DNA of 64,000 bases from Eledone cirrhosa (taxonomy: Eukaryota). The notes under the pieces were generated by a model that was not told the origin of the DNA, did not search any database, and saw nothing but the letters and a program-made list of their open reading frames with translations. Location: contig OZ024742.1 of the NCBI GenBank assembly GCA_964016885.1, positions 36,146,001-36,210,000 of the forward strand, in the 5' to 3' direction. A program made the position numbers and the translations under genes. Below are positions 1-14,645 of this stretch, one piece after another (position 1 is the first letter of the stretch; the number at the start of each line of letters is the position of its first letter).

Positions 1-87
1 GCCGTCTGGCCGTTTGCCGCCCCCTCCGTCCAGTCGCACTGGCACGAGCTCAGGCTATGAGTTTAGTGCAAACATATATATATATGT

Positions 88-270
88 CGAGTCACTCTTG
101 AGTGCTACTGGTAACATGTACAACCTGTCGAATGATCGGGTCGTCGGAGACTAAATCGGCAACACCATCAAGTTTACTTGGTGAGGAGGATAATTTTGGA
201 CACCCTGCAGGACAAAAAACAAAACCTGACAAAGGGCGGAAGAACAAATAGAAGTCAACGGCCATCCAAA
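88..270 (+). mobile_element. Diverged 5' fragment of RTE-derived non-autonomous element (family A)
   Basis: Similar to the reverse complement of 15060-15257 (shared gtgctactggtaacatgta ... aaaacctg ... ggccatccaaaa). Confidence 0.7.
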
Positions 271-344
271 AATGTGTAAATATGTATATACACATATACA
301 TATGTATATATGTGTATGCATATGTGCATGTGTATGTATATACG

Positions 345-1195
<851 letters not shown>

Positions 1196-1220
1196 GTGTG
1201 TATGTATGTATCTATCTATC

Positions 1221-1297
<77 letters not shown>

Positions 1298-1965
1298 GTA
1301 TATATAAACGTACATATAAACGCACACACAGACAATGTGAGAGAATGAGGGAGAAAAATATATCAGCGAGAGGGGGTGGAGGGTGGAGCTAAAAAAACTG
1401 TTGGAAAATAGATATAAATGAAATTAAAAGAAGACAAAAAGAAAGAAAATATAGAGTGAAAGAATGAAGGAAACGAAGGAAGGATCGATCTAACGAACAA
1501 AGGAGAGGACATAGTAAGGAATATGTGGGGGCAAAAAAGGAAAAAACAAACAGATATAAGATGGAAGACGCTGAAAGCCGTCTGAAGGCGTTATAGACAG
1601 AAGACACGTAATATTGGTGGGAACAACCAATGAAAATGTAAAGAGAAATACGCCATCAAAGACAGTGAATGAAAGAAAGGAAGAAAACGAATGAAGGCAA
1701 ATAAGTAGAGGATTTCAATGAGATTAATGTAAATACATGAGGATTGTATGTAAATAGAATATCTAATAAACATCTATATAGACACAAAGAATGTATGTAT
1801 ATATATATATATATATATATGCGCACGCACAGCCACATATGTACACACACTCATATATATATATGCGTGTGTGTGCGTGTACATATATATATACATATAT
1901 GTATGTATGCATATATATATATGAAGGTATTATGTTTGTATATATATATATATATATATATATAC

Positions 1966-2041
1966 AGGGTGTCCCAGAAATGTATACACACTTCAACAGC
2001 ACAATACACAAATACACAAATGTGCATTCATTTTTGGGACA

Positions 2042-2043
<2 letters not shown>
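1966..2043. mobile_element. Small Tc1/mariner-type MITE
   Basis: TIRs cagggtgtcccagaaatg / catttttgggacacc in TA context; related copy at ~27698-27798. Confidence 0.6.
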
Positions 2044-2117
<74 letters not shown>

Positions 2118-2602
2118 TATATATATATATAGTGAGCGAGAAAGAATAAAAAATGAAAGCGTTACTGTTGACATTTGCAGCGAAGCAGACGGCACATTAC
2201 AAGATGGCGCTCACGTAATTGTTGAATAAACGAATTACTTCGAATACCTAAGAAACGGCCATTATATTTCCTCCGAGAAATTACTGACAATGGAGATTTT
2301 TCATGTTGTACACTTTTCTACAAACAACTGACTGTCTAGGATTATTATGTACACAAAGAACACATACACACGCATATATATAAGACTTCTTGTACCTCTG
2401 TTTGTTGGTTCCTAGAACTATATATATATATATGGATAGAAACGAAAAATAGCAATCATCACACAATATTAAGGTTGAAGCTATTTATATTAACAGTTTG
2501 ACTCATATATTACCAGTGGTCTCATAAACGTAAACAGACCTCGCTCTTTCCGAGCTCGCTGTTTTCGAGTTCTATAAACAAACGTAAAACAAGATGGAGA
2601 AT

Positions 2603-2682
<80 letters not shown>

Positions 2683-2751
2683 GAAACGAAGCGGGCTGTG
2701 TGTTTACTGTAAACAATGTTTAAGATGGCAATATGGACGAAGCAAGAGAAG

Positions 2752-2828
2752 AACCCCTTCATCAGCTGTTAGCTGCAGATCACGGATGTTTCGGCGCTTA
2801 AAACAGGACATCGGAAGCGATCAGCAGC
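2752..2828 (-). ncRNA. Candidate non-circularly permuted hammerhead ribozyme (family P)
   Basis: Minus strand: gcugc-u-gauc gcuucc gaugU-C cuguu uuaagcgcc GAA-Acauc cgu gauc-u-gcagc u aacag CUGAUGA agggguu. Stem III gaugu/acauc, stem I cuguu/aacag. Confidence 0.6.
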
Positions 2829-3257
2829 GCGCCCAAGGCTTTTAATCGATCAAAAGGCCATGAGGGAAAGAAAAGAAAAAAATAGTGAGGAGAGAGGAAG
2901 AAGGAGGAAAAAACGAAGTAAACAAACCGAATGGAGGGGGGACACAGGACAATGGAATATGCAAGGGAGTAACTGAGGAAAAAATAGAATAAGTTACAAC
3001 GAACTGATTTGACATAAGTCTTGTGGTGCAATAACTAGGAGCGGTGTAGTTCCCTGCGATCTCAGCAGAGTGAGGGTAGAGAGAGAGAGAGAGAGAGAGA
3101 CGGAGCAACAGGAAGTGAGAGGGAGAAGGGAAAGGGAGATAATCCGAATTATATATATATATATATATGTATATAAGTTTATCCGGGTTCAATGGGGGGT
3201 AACCACAGTAAGTAAGGTACTCAATACAAAGCAGAGTATAAATGCTTAATATAGAAA

Positions 3258-3308
3258 AGCTTCTACAGGACTAGAACTATTTCATTCGTGAGAAATCATC
3301 AAGAAGCT
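3258..3308 (-). ncRNA. Type I hammerhead ribozyme (family H1, C3U)
   Basis: agcuuc UUGAUGA u[uuc-ucac-gaa]u GAA-Auag uucuaguc cugU-A gaagcu; sister copies at 39456-39500 and 45562-45612. Confidence 0.65.
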
Positions 3309-3360
3309 CTGAGATTCTCACGAATGAAACAGTTCTAGAAGCTATTCTCTCTCTCTCTCA

Positions 3361-3458
<98 letters not shown>

Positions 3459-3597
3459 ATATATACACAGAAATATACACGGTTAGTTGTGGGTCTAGTC
3501 AGCATGAAGAACTCAATGTAATCCATATGTTGAAAATGTTGTAGGTTAAAATAAATACCGGAAAACAATAAAACATCAAAAGGAAAACAGAGTCATG

Positions 3598-4011
3598 ATA
3601 TAAGTTAAAACAATGGAATAAAAATTCAAGTCATTAGAAATATACTTCAATGCTTTACGATCGTTTATATGTGATAATAATACATTGTACTCATATTTCG
3701 TTATCGATCTATGTAGGGTTAGTTACAAAATATCAAATAAGGAATATATTTACCTACATGTATATCATCAGCTGTTGTCAAAAGCAATGAAAATTTTATT
3801 TCATTCAATAATAAAATTTTCATTGCTTTTGACACGGCTGATGATATACATGTAGGTAAATATATTCTTTATTTGATATTTTGTAACTAACCCTACATAA
3901 ATCGATAACGAAATATGTGTACGATGTATTAATATCACCTAGAAACGATCGTAAAGCTGTGAAGTATATTTCTAATGACTTCAATTTTTATTTCATTGTT
4001 TTAACTTATAT
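3598..4011. repeat. Long inverted repeat (~200 bp arms) with a decayed hammerhead-like motif in each arm
   Basis: 3598-3800 is the reverse complement of 3810-4011; CTGATGA at 3838 and GAAA at 3910 with atgtagg/cctacat pairing between; stem I is poor. Confidence 0.75.
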
Positions 4012-4097
4012 TATATATATATATATATAAATCGCTCTACATGGCTGAATACAATAAATATAATCTGAGTTTTCACGAATGAAACAGTTCTAGAAGC

Positions 4098-5628
<1,531 letters not shown>

Positions 5629-5629
5629 T

Positions 5630-7018
5630 ATAATATATATTTGTGAAATGGGTGGTGGTTGAAATTCAGTTGTGCACGGTTAAATGGTAGTAGACGTGGT
5701 CGGACGGACATGAAAATTTACACACGTAAAAAGTGCCAAGGAAGCAAATAGACGAGGTTTCAAATCTCTAACTGGAAAAATGTGGTCCCCGGGCCCCAAA
5801 ACGGTCTATTTACTATCGCTTTCGGTGAGTTATTTCCCCCTGTTCTAATACTTGGATGAGTTATTTTCCGTAGTCGCTTTCAATATTCATTGTCTTATTT
5901 ACAATTTCATACACATTTTTAAACTCATCAATTTTTTCATAACATATCAAACACAACGTTCGTTCGCTGTTAACACACAGTACCGTTTTATGAAATCGAT
6001 TCTGCAGTACCATTTTACGAAATGCCAAACCGAAAACGGTCACTGTTTTCCATAAAAAAAATAAAACCCTTAAACTGCGAAGAAGGGACGCGTGTTCTCA
6101 GGTACGTTTTTTCCGATATCATTTTTATTTTAATTCTAATACATGTTAACCACCACTAACAGTAAGTAGTATTTTTCAAAGTCAAATGAAAAGTTTAAAG
6201 AATACATGCATGTAAACTTAATGAATGGGATCTATAAGCCTTTGGGTTGCCGAGTTAATTCATTCAGTTTTTTTTAAATATTCATTGTAAACTTAATGAA
6301 TGGGATCTATAAGCCGTTTGGTTGCCGAGTTAATTAATTCAGTTTTTTTTTTAATATTCATTGTAAACTTAAGGAATGGGATCTATAAGGCCTTTGGTTG
6401 CCGAGTTAATTAATTCAGTTTTTTCTAAATATTCATTGTCTTATTTAAAATAAAATATCGAAGACAACGTTATTTCGCTGTTAATAAACTGTTGCCTTCT
6501 ACAGTACGTTTCATTTTCATTTTTCAATTACAGTTGCTCTATATTAAATTTAAATACTTCTATAACGTTCATACAGTACCGTTTTATGAAATCGATTCTG
6601 CAGTAGAATTTTACGAAATGCCAAACCGAAAAAGGTCAGTTTTCTAACAAAAGAAATAAAACCCTTACATTGCGAACCCCCTGTTCTAATACTGGGGTTA
6701 GTTATTTCCCCCTCTTCTAATAAACGTCTAATATATAGAGGCCCCTCTTGCTGACCAGGGCAATAAAAGTGTAAACTATCATACAAACCTTCATAATCTG
6801 CATTTTCAAGCTTGCATATTATCGACATTGCTATTTCGCTGCTAATAAACAACGCCTTTCACGTCGCTCCACTTCTCATTGTACGCCGTCCAGCCCCAAG
6901 TGCATATTTCTATTTTTTTCTCCTGAAACTGCTTCTTTATAATAAACTTTCAATAATATTTTTCAAATTATTAACTTAATGAAAAGTGGCCCCGGGTGCA
7001 ACCGGGCTCAGCTGCTAG
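5630..7018 (+). mobile_element. Non-autonomous Helitron, copy 2 (head-to-tail with copy 1)
   Basis: Same 5' sequence and hairpin+CTAG 3' end; internal three-copy ~75 bp tandem at 6211-6440. Confidence 0.8.
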
Positions 7019-7414
7019 TATATATATATAAATCGCTCTACATGGCTGAATACAATAAATATAATCTGAATTTTTCGAATATTAATAATAATATTAAATT
7101 CGTTTGCAATTATGCAAACAGCGTCTTTAAACCATGTCACTAGAATGACTCAGTCATTCTTGTTCTTGTGTTGGCATAGAAACAGAACGGCAGACACTAA
7201 CGTGTCAAAGCTAGTGAAAATATATGATATATTCTGAAATATACAGTGACTTATGGGCTAGGTTTGCATATTAGCAGTCCCACTGATTTGCATATCAACA
7301 GATGGGCCAGTCAGTTTCATGTATATGAGCGATTAATGGCCGGCTTTGCCATGTTCAAATAACTAACAAATAGTTATATATATATAGCTCTTTCCGAGGT
7401 CTGTAAAGAAGCGA

Positions 7415-7490
<76 letters not shown>

Positions 7491-7590
7491 GTTTAGATGA
7501 CTTGATAATACAAACATATAAAGCAAGAAATAATTCAAAGCTCAAATTTGATGTTGTAGTCCAGAGTAATATAGGTAAAAGACAGTTTCG

Positions 7591-7666
<76 letters not shown>

Positions 7667-7800
7667 TAGAAGGGATATTTAATTTGTAGGAAGTCCGATA
7701 AATATAAATGTTTATAACTGATTTAGAGCACTCAACAGATAAGTGGAGTACATATTCAATGATATTAAATAAATAGAAACTATATTTATAAAACCATATT

Positions 7801-7863
7801 TATTTTATTATATATATTTCAAGGGTACCAAGACACATTGGTTCGCTTTCCTCAGATAAAATA
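7801..7863 (-). ncRNA. Type I hammerhead ribozyme (H2)
   Basis: Mirror copy of 7991-8053 in the left arm. Confidence 0.75.
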
Positions 7864-7990
7864 CAAAGTTTGTTTTATAAATAGAGACATACCCATGAAA
7901 ATCATACCTTATCGTTTGGATATTCTCTGGATATCCATACGATAAGGTATGTTTTTCATGGGTATGTCTCTATTTATAAAACAAACTTTG

Positions 7991-8053
7991 TATTTTATCT
8001 GAGGAAAGCGAACCAATATATCTTGGTACCCTTGAAATATATATAATAAAATA
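7991..8053 (+). ncRNA. Type I hammerhead ribozyme (H2), palindromic short stem III
   Basis: uauuuuau CUGAGGA aag-cg-aaccaa..uuggua-c-ccuu GAA-AuauauaU-A auaaaaua; 8-bp stem I. Confidence 0.8.
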
Positions 8054-8093
8054 AATATGGTTTTATAAATATAGTTTCTATTTATTTAATATC

Positions 8094-8131
<38 letters not shown>

Positions 8132-8456
8132 TGTATGTATGTATGTATGTATGTATGTATGTATGTATGTATGTATGTATGTATGTACACCGAAACCGTA
8201 GGATTTTCCAGAGGTAGGCAAAGGAGATGGTACTGTCCGTCTTATATATATATACACACCACACACACAATATTACAAAACATAACAACTTAGATTTATT
8301 CCTTTTTTTTCTACGCCCGTTTCAATACGGTTATAATGGTACACCATTTGAAGAAGATTAATTAACTACACCATACATAATATCTATAACATGCATATCC
8401 TCACGAAATGAGAATAAAGTTTAACAATTTTAAATGGTTTCAAGTAGAAATACGAT

Positions 8457-8593
8457 ATTATGTTTCCTCCTGTTGTATTGTATGTCTACTCCATTTTTAT
8501 AAAATGGCGTAGACATACAATACAACAGGAGGAAACATAATAGTACCACTGATGATGTTGCAGATGTGCAACGAAAGAACTTAATTAGACTAT
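8457..8593 (+). ncRNA. Short palindrome followed by a decayed type I hammerhead
   Basis: 8457-8542 is a hairpin; CUGAUGA-u-guugca-gaug-ugcaac-GAAA at 8549-8576; stems I and III imperfect. Confidence 0.5.
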
Positions 8594-8784
8594 ATATATG
8601 TGTTTATATCTATATTATATCTGTATTTTTTACCGTTGGTCAGTCAATGATAAACATTGAGGACCAAATGAATTAATTGTGGAGATATAACAGATTCAGA
8701 ACCGAAAACCAACCAAACAGTGAGTGTGTTCTATTTTTATTTCTGGCAATATTATTACAACAATATGACCCTCCCCAAGTATAA

Positions 8785-8841
<57 letters not shown>

Positions 8842-9161
8842 TGACAGATTAAAGTTTAAGCAAAGAATCACTGCTTTCATCCTTAACGGGATCTTCTAAA
8901 CCTAAAAAAATCAATCTGTGAATGCAGAAGTAGATATTTCGAAAAACGTTGCAACCGAAGGAAAACAGGAAGACGATACTTTGGTTCGTGAAGACGTTCC
9001 CTGGCAATGAACGGAAAAAAGCGAAGATAATACGTCATTATGTGGAGCGTGGAGAACAATTACACACAAAGACAAAACCACGTTTATGGTATAAATGAAG
9101 TCGTAGACTAATATTCTATTTAGGAAACCGAATGATTCTCGGCTTCAGAGTTAAGAATAAT

Positions 9162-9342
9162 TGTCTCTACTTTAGGCACAAGGCCAGCAATTACCCAGTG
9201 TATTACTGGTACTTTATTTTATTGACCCCGTAAGGATGAAAGGCAAAGTCAACCTCGGCGGGATTTGAACTCAGATCGTAAAGGGACGTAACTATGCTGG
9301 AAAGCATGGCGTCCGACCCTCTACTGATACTGCCAATCCACC
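9162..9342 (-). mobile_element. tRNA-derived SINE (Meta-domain-like core)
   Basis: A box tggcagtatcagtag and B box gagttcaaatccc on the minus strand; core gcctttcatccttacggggtc; 14-bp TSD gagttaagaataat. Confidence 0.85.
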
Positions 9343-9425
9343 GAGTTAAGAATAATATAATAATATAAATAAATTAGTAGAACGATGACAAAGGTTATTT
9401 TATATATATATATATAATTTTTTGT

Positions 9426-9539
<114 letters not shown>

Positions 9540-9772
9540 TTAGAAACACACAGATACATGCGGACACACACATATATACATGAATGCATCCGCACCCAAC
9601 TGTGAGTTAAGGGTGCCAACTTCACCGATGTTGCTCAATGAATGACTGGGACAGACCAATTCAGTTGAACTAGACTGAACCAGTATCAGAGTTAAAAATA
9701 CATTATGAAGAGAGAAGAAACATTTAGATATAATTAGTAATAAAATGTATCATACCTAAACTGCTCCTAAAT

Positions 9773-9862
9773 TCCTCGACTACGTAGTTTCGTGGCATAA
9801 ACAAAAACAATATATCATAAAGATATAGAGTCCTTGCGAGGTCTGCCGACTTATCAAGAGGA
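9773..9862 (-). ncRNA. Type I hammerhead, U3-A8 core variant
   Basis: Mirror of 10472-10561. Confidence 0.75.
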
Positions 9863-10471
9863 TACCTCATTTTACTAGTCTCAAGAACGCGTCTACACGA
9901 CGTGAGAAAGAATCCCAAAAGGCGGAGGGGGAGATAGTCACGCGATATAACGGTCGAGAAACAGAGCTAAGCCTCTTATAACCCTGAAGAAAATACCACG
10001 GAGGCGTTTTTCTAAATGTTTCTTCTCTCTTCATAATGTATTTTTAACTCTGATACTGGTTCAGTCTAGTTCAACTGAATTGGTCTGTCCCAGTCATTCA
10101 TTGAGCAACATCGGTGAAGTTGGCACCCTTAACTCACAGTTGGGTGCGGATGCATTCATGTATATATGTGTGTCCCCGCGTGTATCTGTGTGTTTCTAAA
10201 TATATTGTTAATAACTCCCTCTGGTCGAGCAATCTTTGAAGTGTGGGGACAGCCGGAAAGCTTCCATTACTCATACTTCTCGCCTTCTTCACCACCTCTT
10301 CTACGGCCTCGATATAAATACCCCCTCCGCCTCCGTGGTATTTTCTTCAGGGTTATAAGAGGCTTAGCTCTGTTTCTCGACCGTTATATCGCGTGACTAT
10401 CTCCCCCTCCGCCTTTTGGGATTCTTTCTCACGTCGTGTAGACGCGTTCTTGAGACTAGTAAAATGAGGTA

Positions 10472-10561
10472 TCCTCTTGATAAGTCGGCAGACCTCGCAA
10501 GGACTCTATATCTTTATGATATATTGTTTTTGTTTATGCCACGAAACTACGTAGTCGAGGA
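10472..10561 (+). ncRNA. Type I hammerhead, U3-A8 core variant, extended stem II
   Basis: uccuc UUGAUAA gu-c-ggca...ugcc-ac GAA-AcuacguagU-C gagga; palindromic stem III, GUC site. Confidence 0.75.
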
Positions 10562-10630
10562 ATTTAGGAGCAGTTTAGGTATGATACATTTTATTACTAA
10601 TTATATCTAAATGTTTCTTCTCTCTTCATA

Positions 10631-10687
<57 letters not shown>

Positions 10688-10762
10688 AAAAATATTGCAA
10701 AAAAAAACAAGATCTGAATATAATTTATGTGAGATATATATATGTGTATATGTATATATGTA

Positions 10763-10886
<124 letters not shown>

Positions 10887-11031
10887 CGTGTGTGTATGTA
10901 TATGTGTGTGTATGAGTCAATGAGTCAGTGTAATGTGTGTGTGTATGTACGTGTGTTTGTATTTATGTGTATGTATGTATGCGTGTGCACGTGTACGTGT
11001 GTGTATGTCGATGAACAACACTCACAATAAC

Positions 11032-11152
11032 TGTTTCTAACTTTTTGGCACAAGGCCAGCAATTACGCAGTGTATTACTGGTACTTTATTTTATCGACCC
11101 CGTAAGGATGAAAGGCAAAGTTAACCTCGGTGGGATTTGAACTCAGATCATA
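11032..11152 (-). mobile_element. 5'-truncated tRNA-SINE
   Basis: Same family as 9162-9342; TSD aacactcacaataac. Confidence 0.8.
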
Positions 11153-12367
11153 AACACTCACAATAACAATACGAGATTATACCCTTTGTCTTTTAAAAAC
11201 AACCCTAATATTTTGGCCTCGTTTTATAAATTCTGCGGTTGGATAAATGTATAATGAGCATGAGGTAAGTATGGCGGAATAAGTTCTTTAGAAGGGGTGG
11301 ATTTCGGTTACAGTGACGAAATACACCCACGCATGCGCAACCACACACTCACACACCCCACACACCCACACTCCCCCACACATAAACACACACAAAAGAC
11401 AGAAACACACATATATATATACACTTAGAAGGAGATGATTGCATTAATCGAAAGGTCAATGTCCTATCGATTCCTCTAATAGATGGCGCTTTTTTCGATG
11501 AAATAAATACAACATATAATTATCCGTTTCAGTTTTGTCAATCCCGATTAGTTAAATTTAGAACAGCGAGTTATTAAAAGTTTTTTTTTTCGTGCTTTAA
11601 GCATAGAGATTACGTAGTTAAGGGAAACTCTAATCTTAAGACTGAAATATTTATAGACGTACTAATACGGTTGTAAATTTAAATATAAAAATATTGTCTT
11701 CTAGATTATTATGTATGATAAATAGACATACAGAGAGAATGGGAAGGCGAGAGAGATGGCGGCGATGACAGTGGGAGTTCGGCTCTTCCACGTTCGGACC
11801 ATATCCTTGTGGTTATGTTTAATGTAGTTGTGTATTACTTGCCTATATACAAAGCCTTTGTCTCACAAGCTGTATTCATTTAAATTGCTTCAGTGATAAT
11901 GTTGTTTTAAATATTAGTTCTAGTTCTGTATATGTGGAGATATACGCATTATGAGTAGAAATAAACAGATGGCAGCGATAAAATATCTAACATTGATTTC
12001 ATATATGAAATCAAAAGACGTGTAACTGACCCCAAAGTGGATGTATCGTAGGCGTCAATGAATCTAGTGTGTTACACAAACAAATCTATAAACAACAACA
12101 GGCACAGACAGGATCCTCTGGCTCAATACACTTGTTATAGAGCTCCAAATATTTCGTGAAGACTTCATATTGTAGAAATAAGTTGAAGATGTCCAGCGTT
12201 AGCTAAGCAAATAAATATAATTTAAAATCTGAGCACATGCAATATGGACAGCGAACTACTCGAGATTTTGATATGCTTCATCTTTCATAATTCTTTGATG
12301 TGATAGGGGGGGAATCTTTACAGTAACAATACAAAATCCTTGTAGATGTAGCAGAATGACAGGGAAG

Positions 12368-12745
12368 TGACGACGATGATGATGATCATGATATTGTTTA
12401 TGATGATGATGATGGTGATGATGATAATGACGATGATGATGATCATGATGGTGGTGGTGTTGATGGTGATGATGATGGTGATGATGATGATGTTTATGAT
12501 GATCATGATGGTGATGATGATAATGACGATGATGATCATCATCATCATGGTGGTGGTGGTGATGGTGATGGTGATGATGATGGTGATGATGATGATGGTG
12601 ATGATGATGATGATGATGACGATGATGATGATGTTTATGATAATAATGATGATGATGATGATGATGATGATGTTAATGATGATGGTGGTGGTGTGGTGGT
12701 TATGATGACGACAGCTGCCATGACGGTGATAGTTAATGACGACTG

Positions 12746-12808
<63 letters not shown>

Positions 12809-12965
12809 CGATGATGATGATGACGATGATGATGATGTTAACGATGATGATGAAGATGAATATGATGATGTTAATGATAATGACGACGATGATGATGATA
12901 ATGTTTATGATGATGATGATGAGGGGGAGGAGGAGGATGAGGAGGAGGAGGGGGAGGAGGAGGGT
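12368..12965. repeat. Degenerate (GAT)n microsatellite followed by a (GAG)n tract
   Basis: Direct reading; gives the poly-M/D/I pseudo-ORFs. Confidence 0.9.
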
Positions 12966-13117
12966 GAAAGAGATAGAAGAAAGGTCCAAGGAAGAGAGAG
13001 AATAGGACAATGAAAGGATATTAAAAAGCTGAAACTGTACGAATGTTCTCACGTATATACATGGACACATGCGTTCTATACATACTCATCCCACATAAAT
13101 ACGTAAATAGACCAATA

Positions 13118-13178
<61 letters not shown>

Positions 13179-13257
13179 CTGCATATATGACAGGTGCAAT
13201 ACATCAATATTTCCCAGCTTTTTTTAATGAAACACACTCTTGTTTCTATATATATAC

Positions 13258-13300
<43 letters not shown>

Positions 13301-13332
13301 CGTGTGTGTATGTATGTATGTATGTATGTATG

Positions 13333-13412
<80 letters not shown>

Positions 13413-13432
13413 TATATATATGTGTGTGTGTG

Positions 13433-13504
<72 letters not shown>

Positions 13505-14645
13505 CATACACGTGGAAGAAACATATACACTAACATACATTTAAATAGTTAGTCACAAATATAAATAGATAGTTACGTATACATATGTACATAATAAATA
13601 TATACGTGTGTTTGTGTGTATATATGTGTGTATATATGTCAGTCCGTATGTACACATGCATGTTTGCATGCACATACGTATATATAAAGAAAGAAATTGG
13701 ATGAAGTTGATGGCTTGCTTAATGGACAGATTGCAAACAATATATTTATTATGGAGTGGTAAGACTTTCTGAGGTTCTTGTGATAATGTAGCGTTGTATA
13801 GAAGCAATAAACGTATGACATACGTCATCCTTTTTATGCGTTTATTAATACGTCCCAATATTGGTTACTTTCTGTTACGTCCTACTATTGGATCTATGAC
13901 GTCACATTATGCTGTCCTTGATAGATGCACACACGCATTTGCAAATATATACCTTATGTATATGTATGTGTATACACATCATCTATTTATAACTTTCTTC
14001 AGTAGCAATCTGGTGAATTTAACATCAGACTGGAGATTTCAAATTGTCAAATTACCGAGCGTTTTTCGAAAAGTTTACCTTTGAACCTGTAGCGGAAATA
14101 TCCTATAGGAAAAACAGAGAGCAAAAACCAAACAAACAAATCTACGTATAAATAAAAAATATATCCTTATATTAGCATTACAGAAGATTTATTTGTAATA
14201 TCCTTACATTTGCAATTATAAAGATATTACAAATAAATAAATATATCCTTACATTTGTAAATATAAAGATATTACAAATAAATAAATATATCCTTATAGA
14301 AGATTAACATTACAATACTATATAGAAAATATGACATACACTAATAATACAACGTTAATTACAATAACTGGTGTGTGCATTTTTTTCTTTGTTGGTGTAA
14401 AAATTAATGAACGCTCCACACAAAAACATACATACATATGATGGCTGCCCCCTCGTTATCGAGTATGGCCATTGCACGATATACCATTATTAATAATTAT
14501 TAATTAATTCTATCGTGCAATGCCTGTGCAGAAAAGTGAGGAAAGACTGTGCACATACATACATACATACATACATACATACATACATACATACATACAT
14601 ACATACATACATACATACATACATACATACATACATACATACATA

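Larger units (their letters stand above)
7758..8096. mobile_element. Palindromic hammerhead-bearing element (family H2)
   Basis: Near-perfect inverted repeat centred ~7927; homologous to 39625-39985 and 55368-55640. Confidence 0.8.

Noticed and set aside
6211-6440. Regularly spaced repeats superficially like a CRISPR array
   Set aside because: Plain tandem repeat without unique spacers, inside a Helitron, in a eukaryotic context.
7090-7360. Several octamer-like motifs (tttgcat / atgcaaa)
   Set aside because: Short motifs in AT-rich DNA with no linked gene or snRNA; cannot be supported.
9724-10610. Identical 64-aa ORFs on opposite strands
   Set aside because: By-product of the inverted repeat; overlaps the hammerhead and has no recognisable domain.
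12318-13070. Poly-I, poly-M and poly-D ORFs
   Set aside because: (GAT)n microsatellite read in different frames.
13990-14075. GAAA...CUGAAGA arrangement on the minus strand
   Set aside because: Stems I and III cannot both be formed with a valid NUH; at best a decayed motif.
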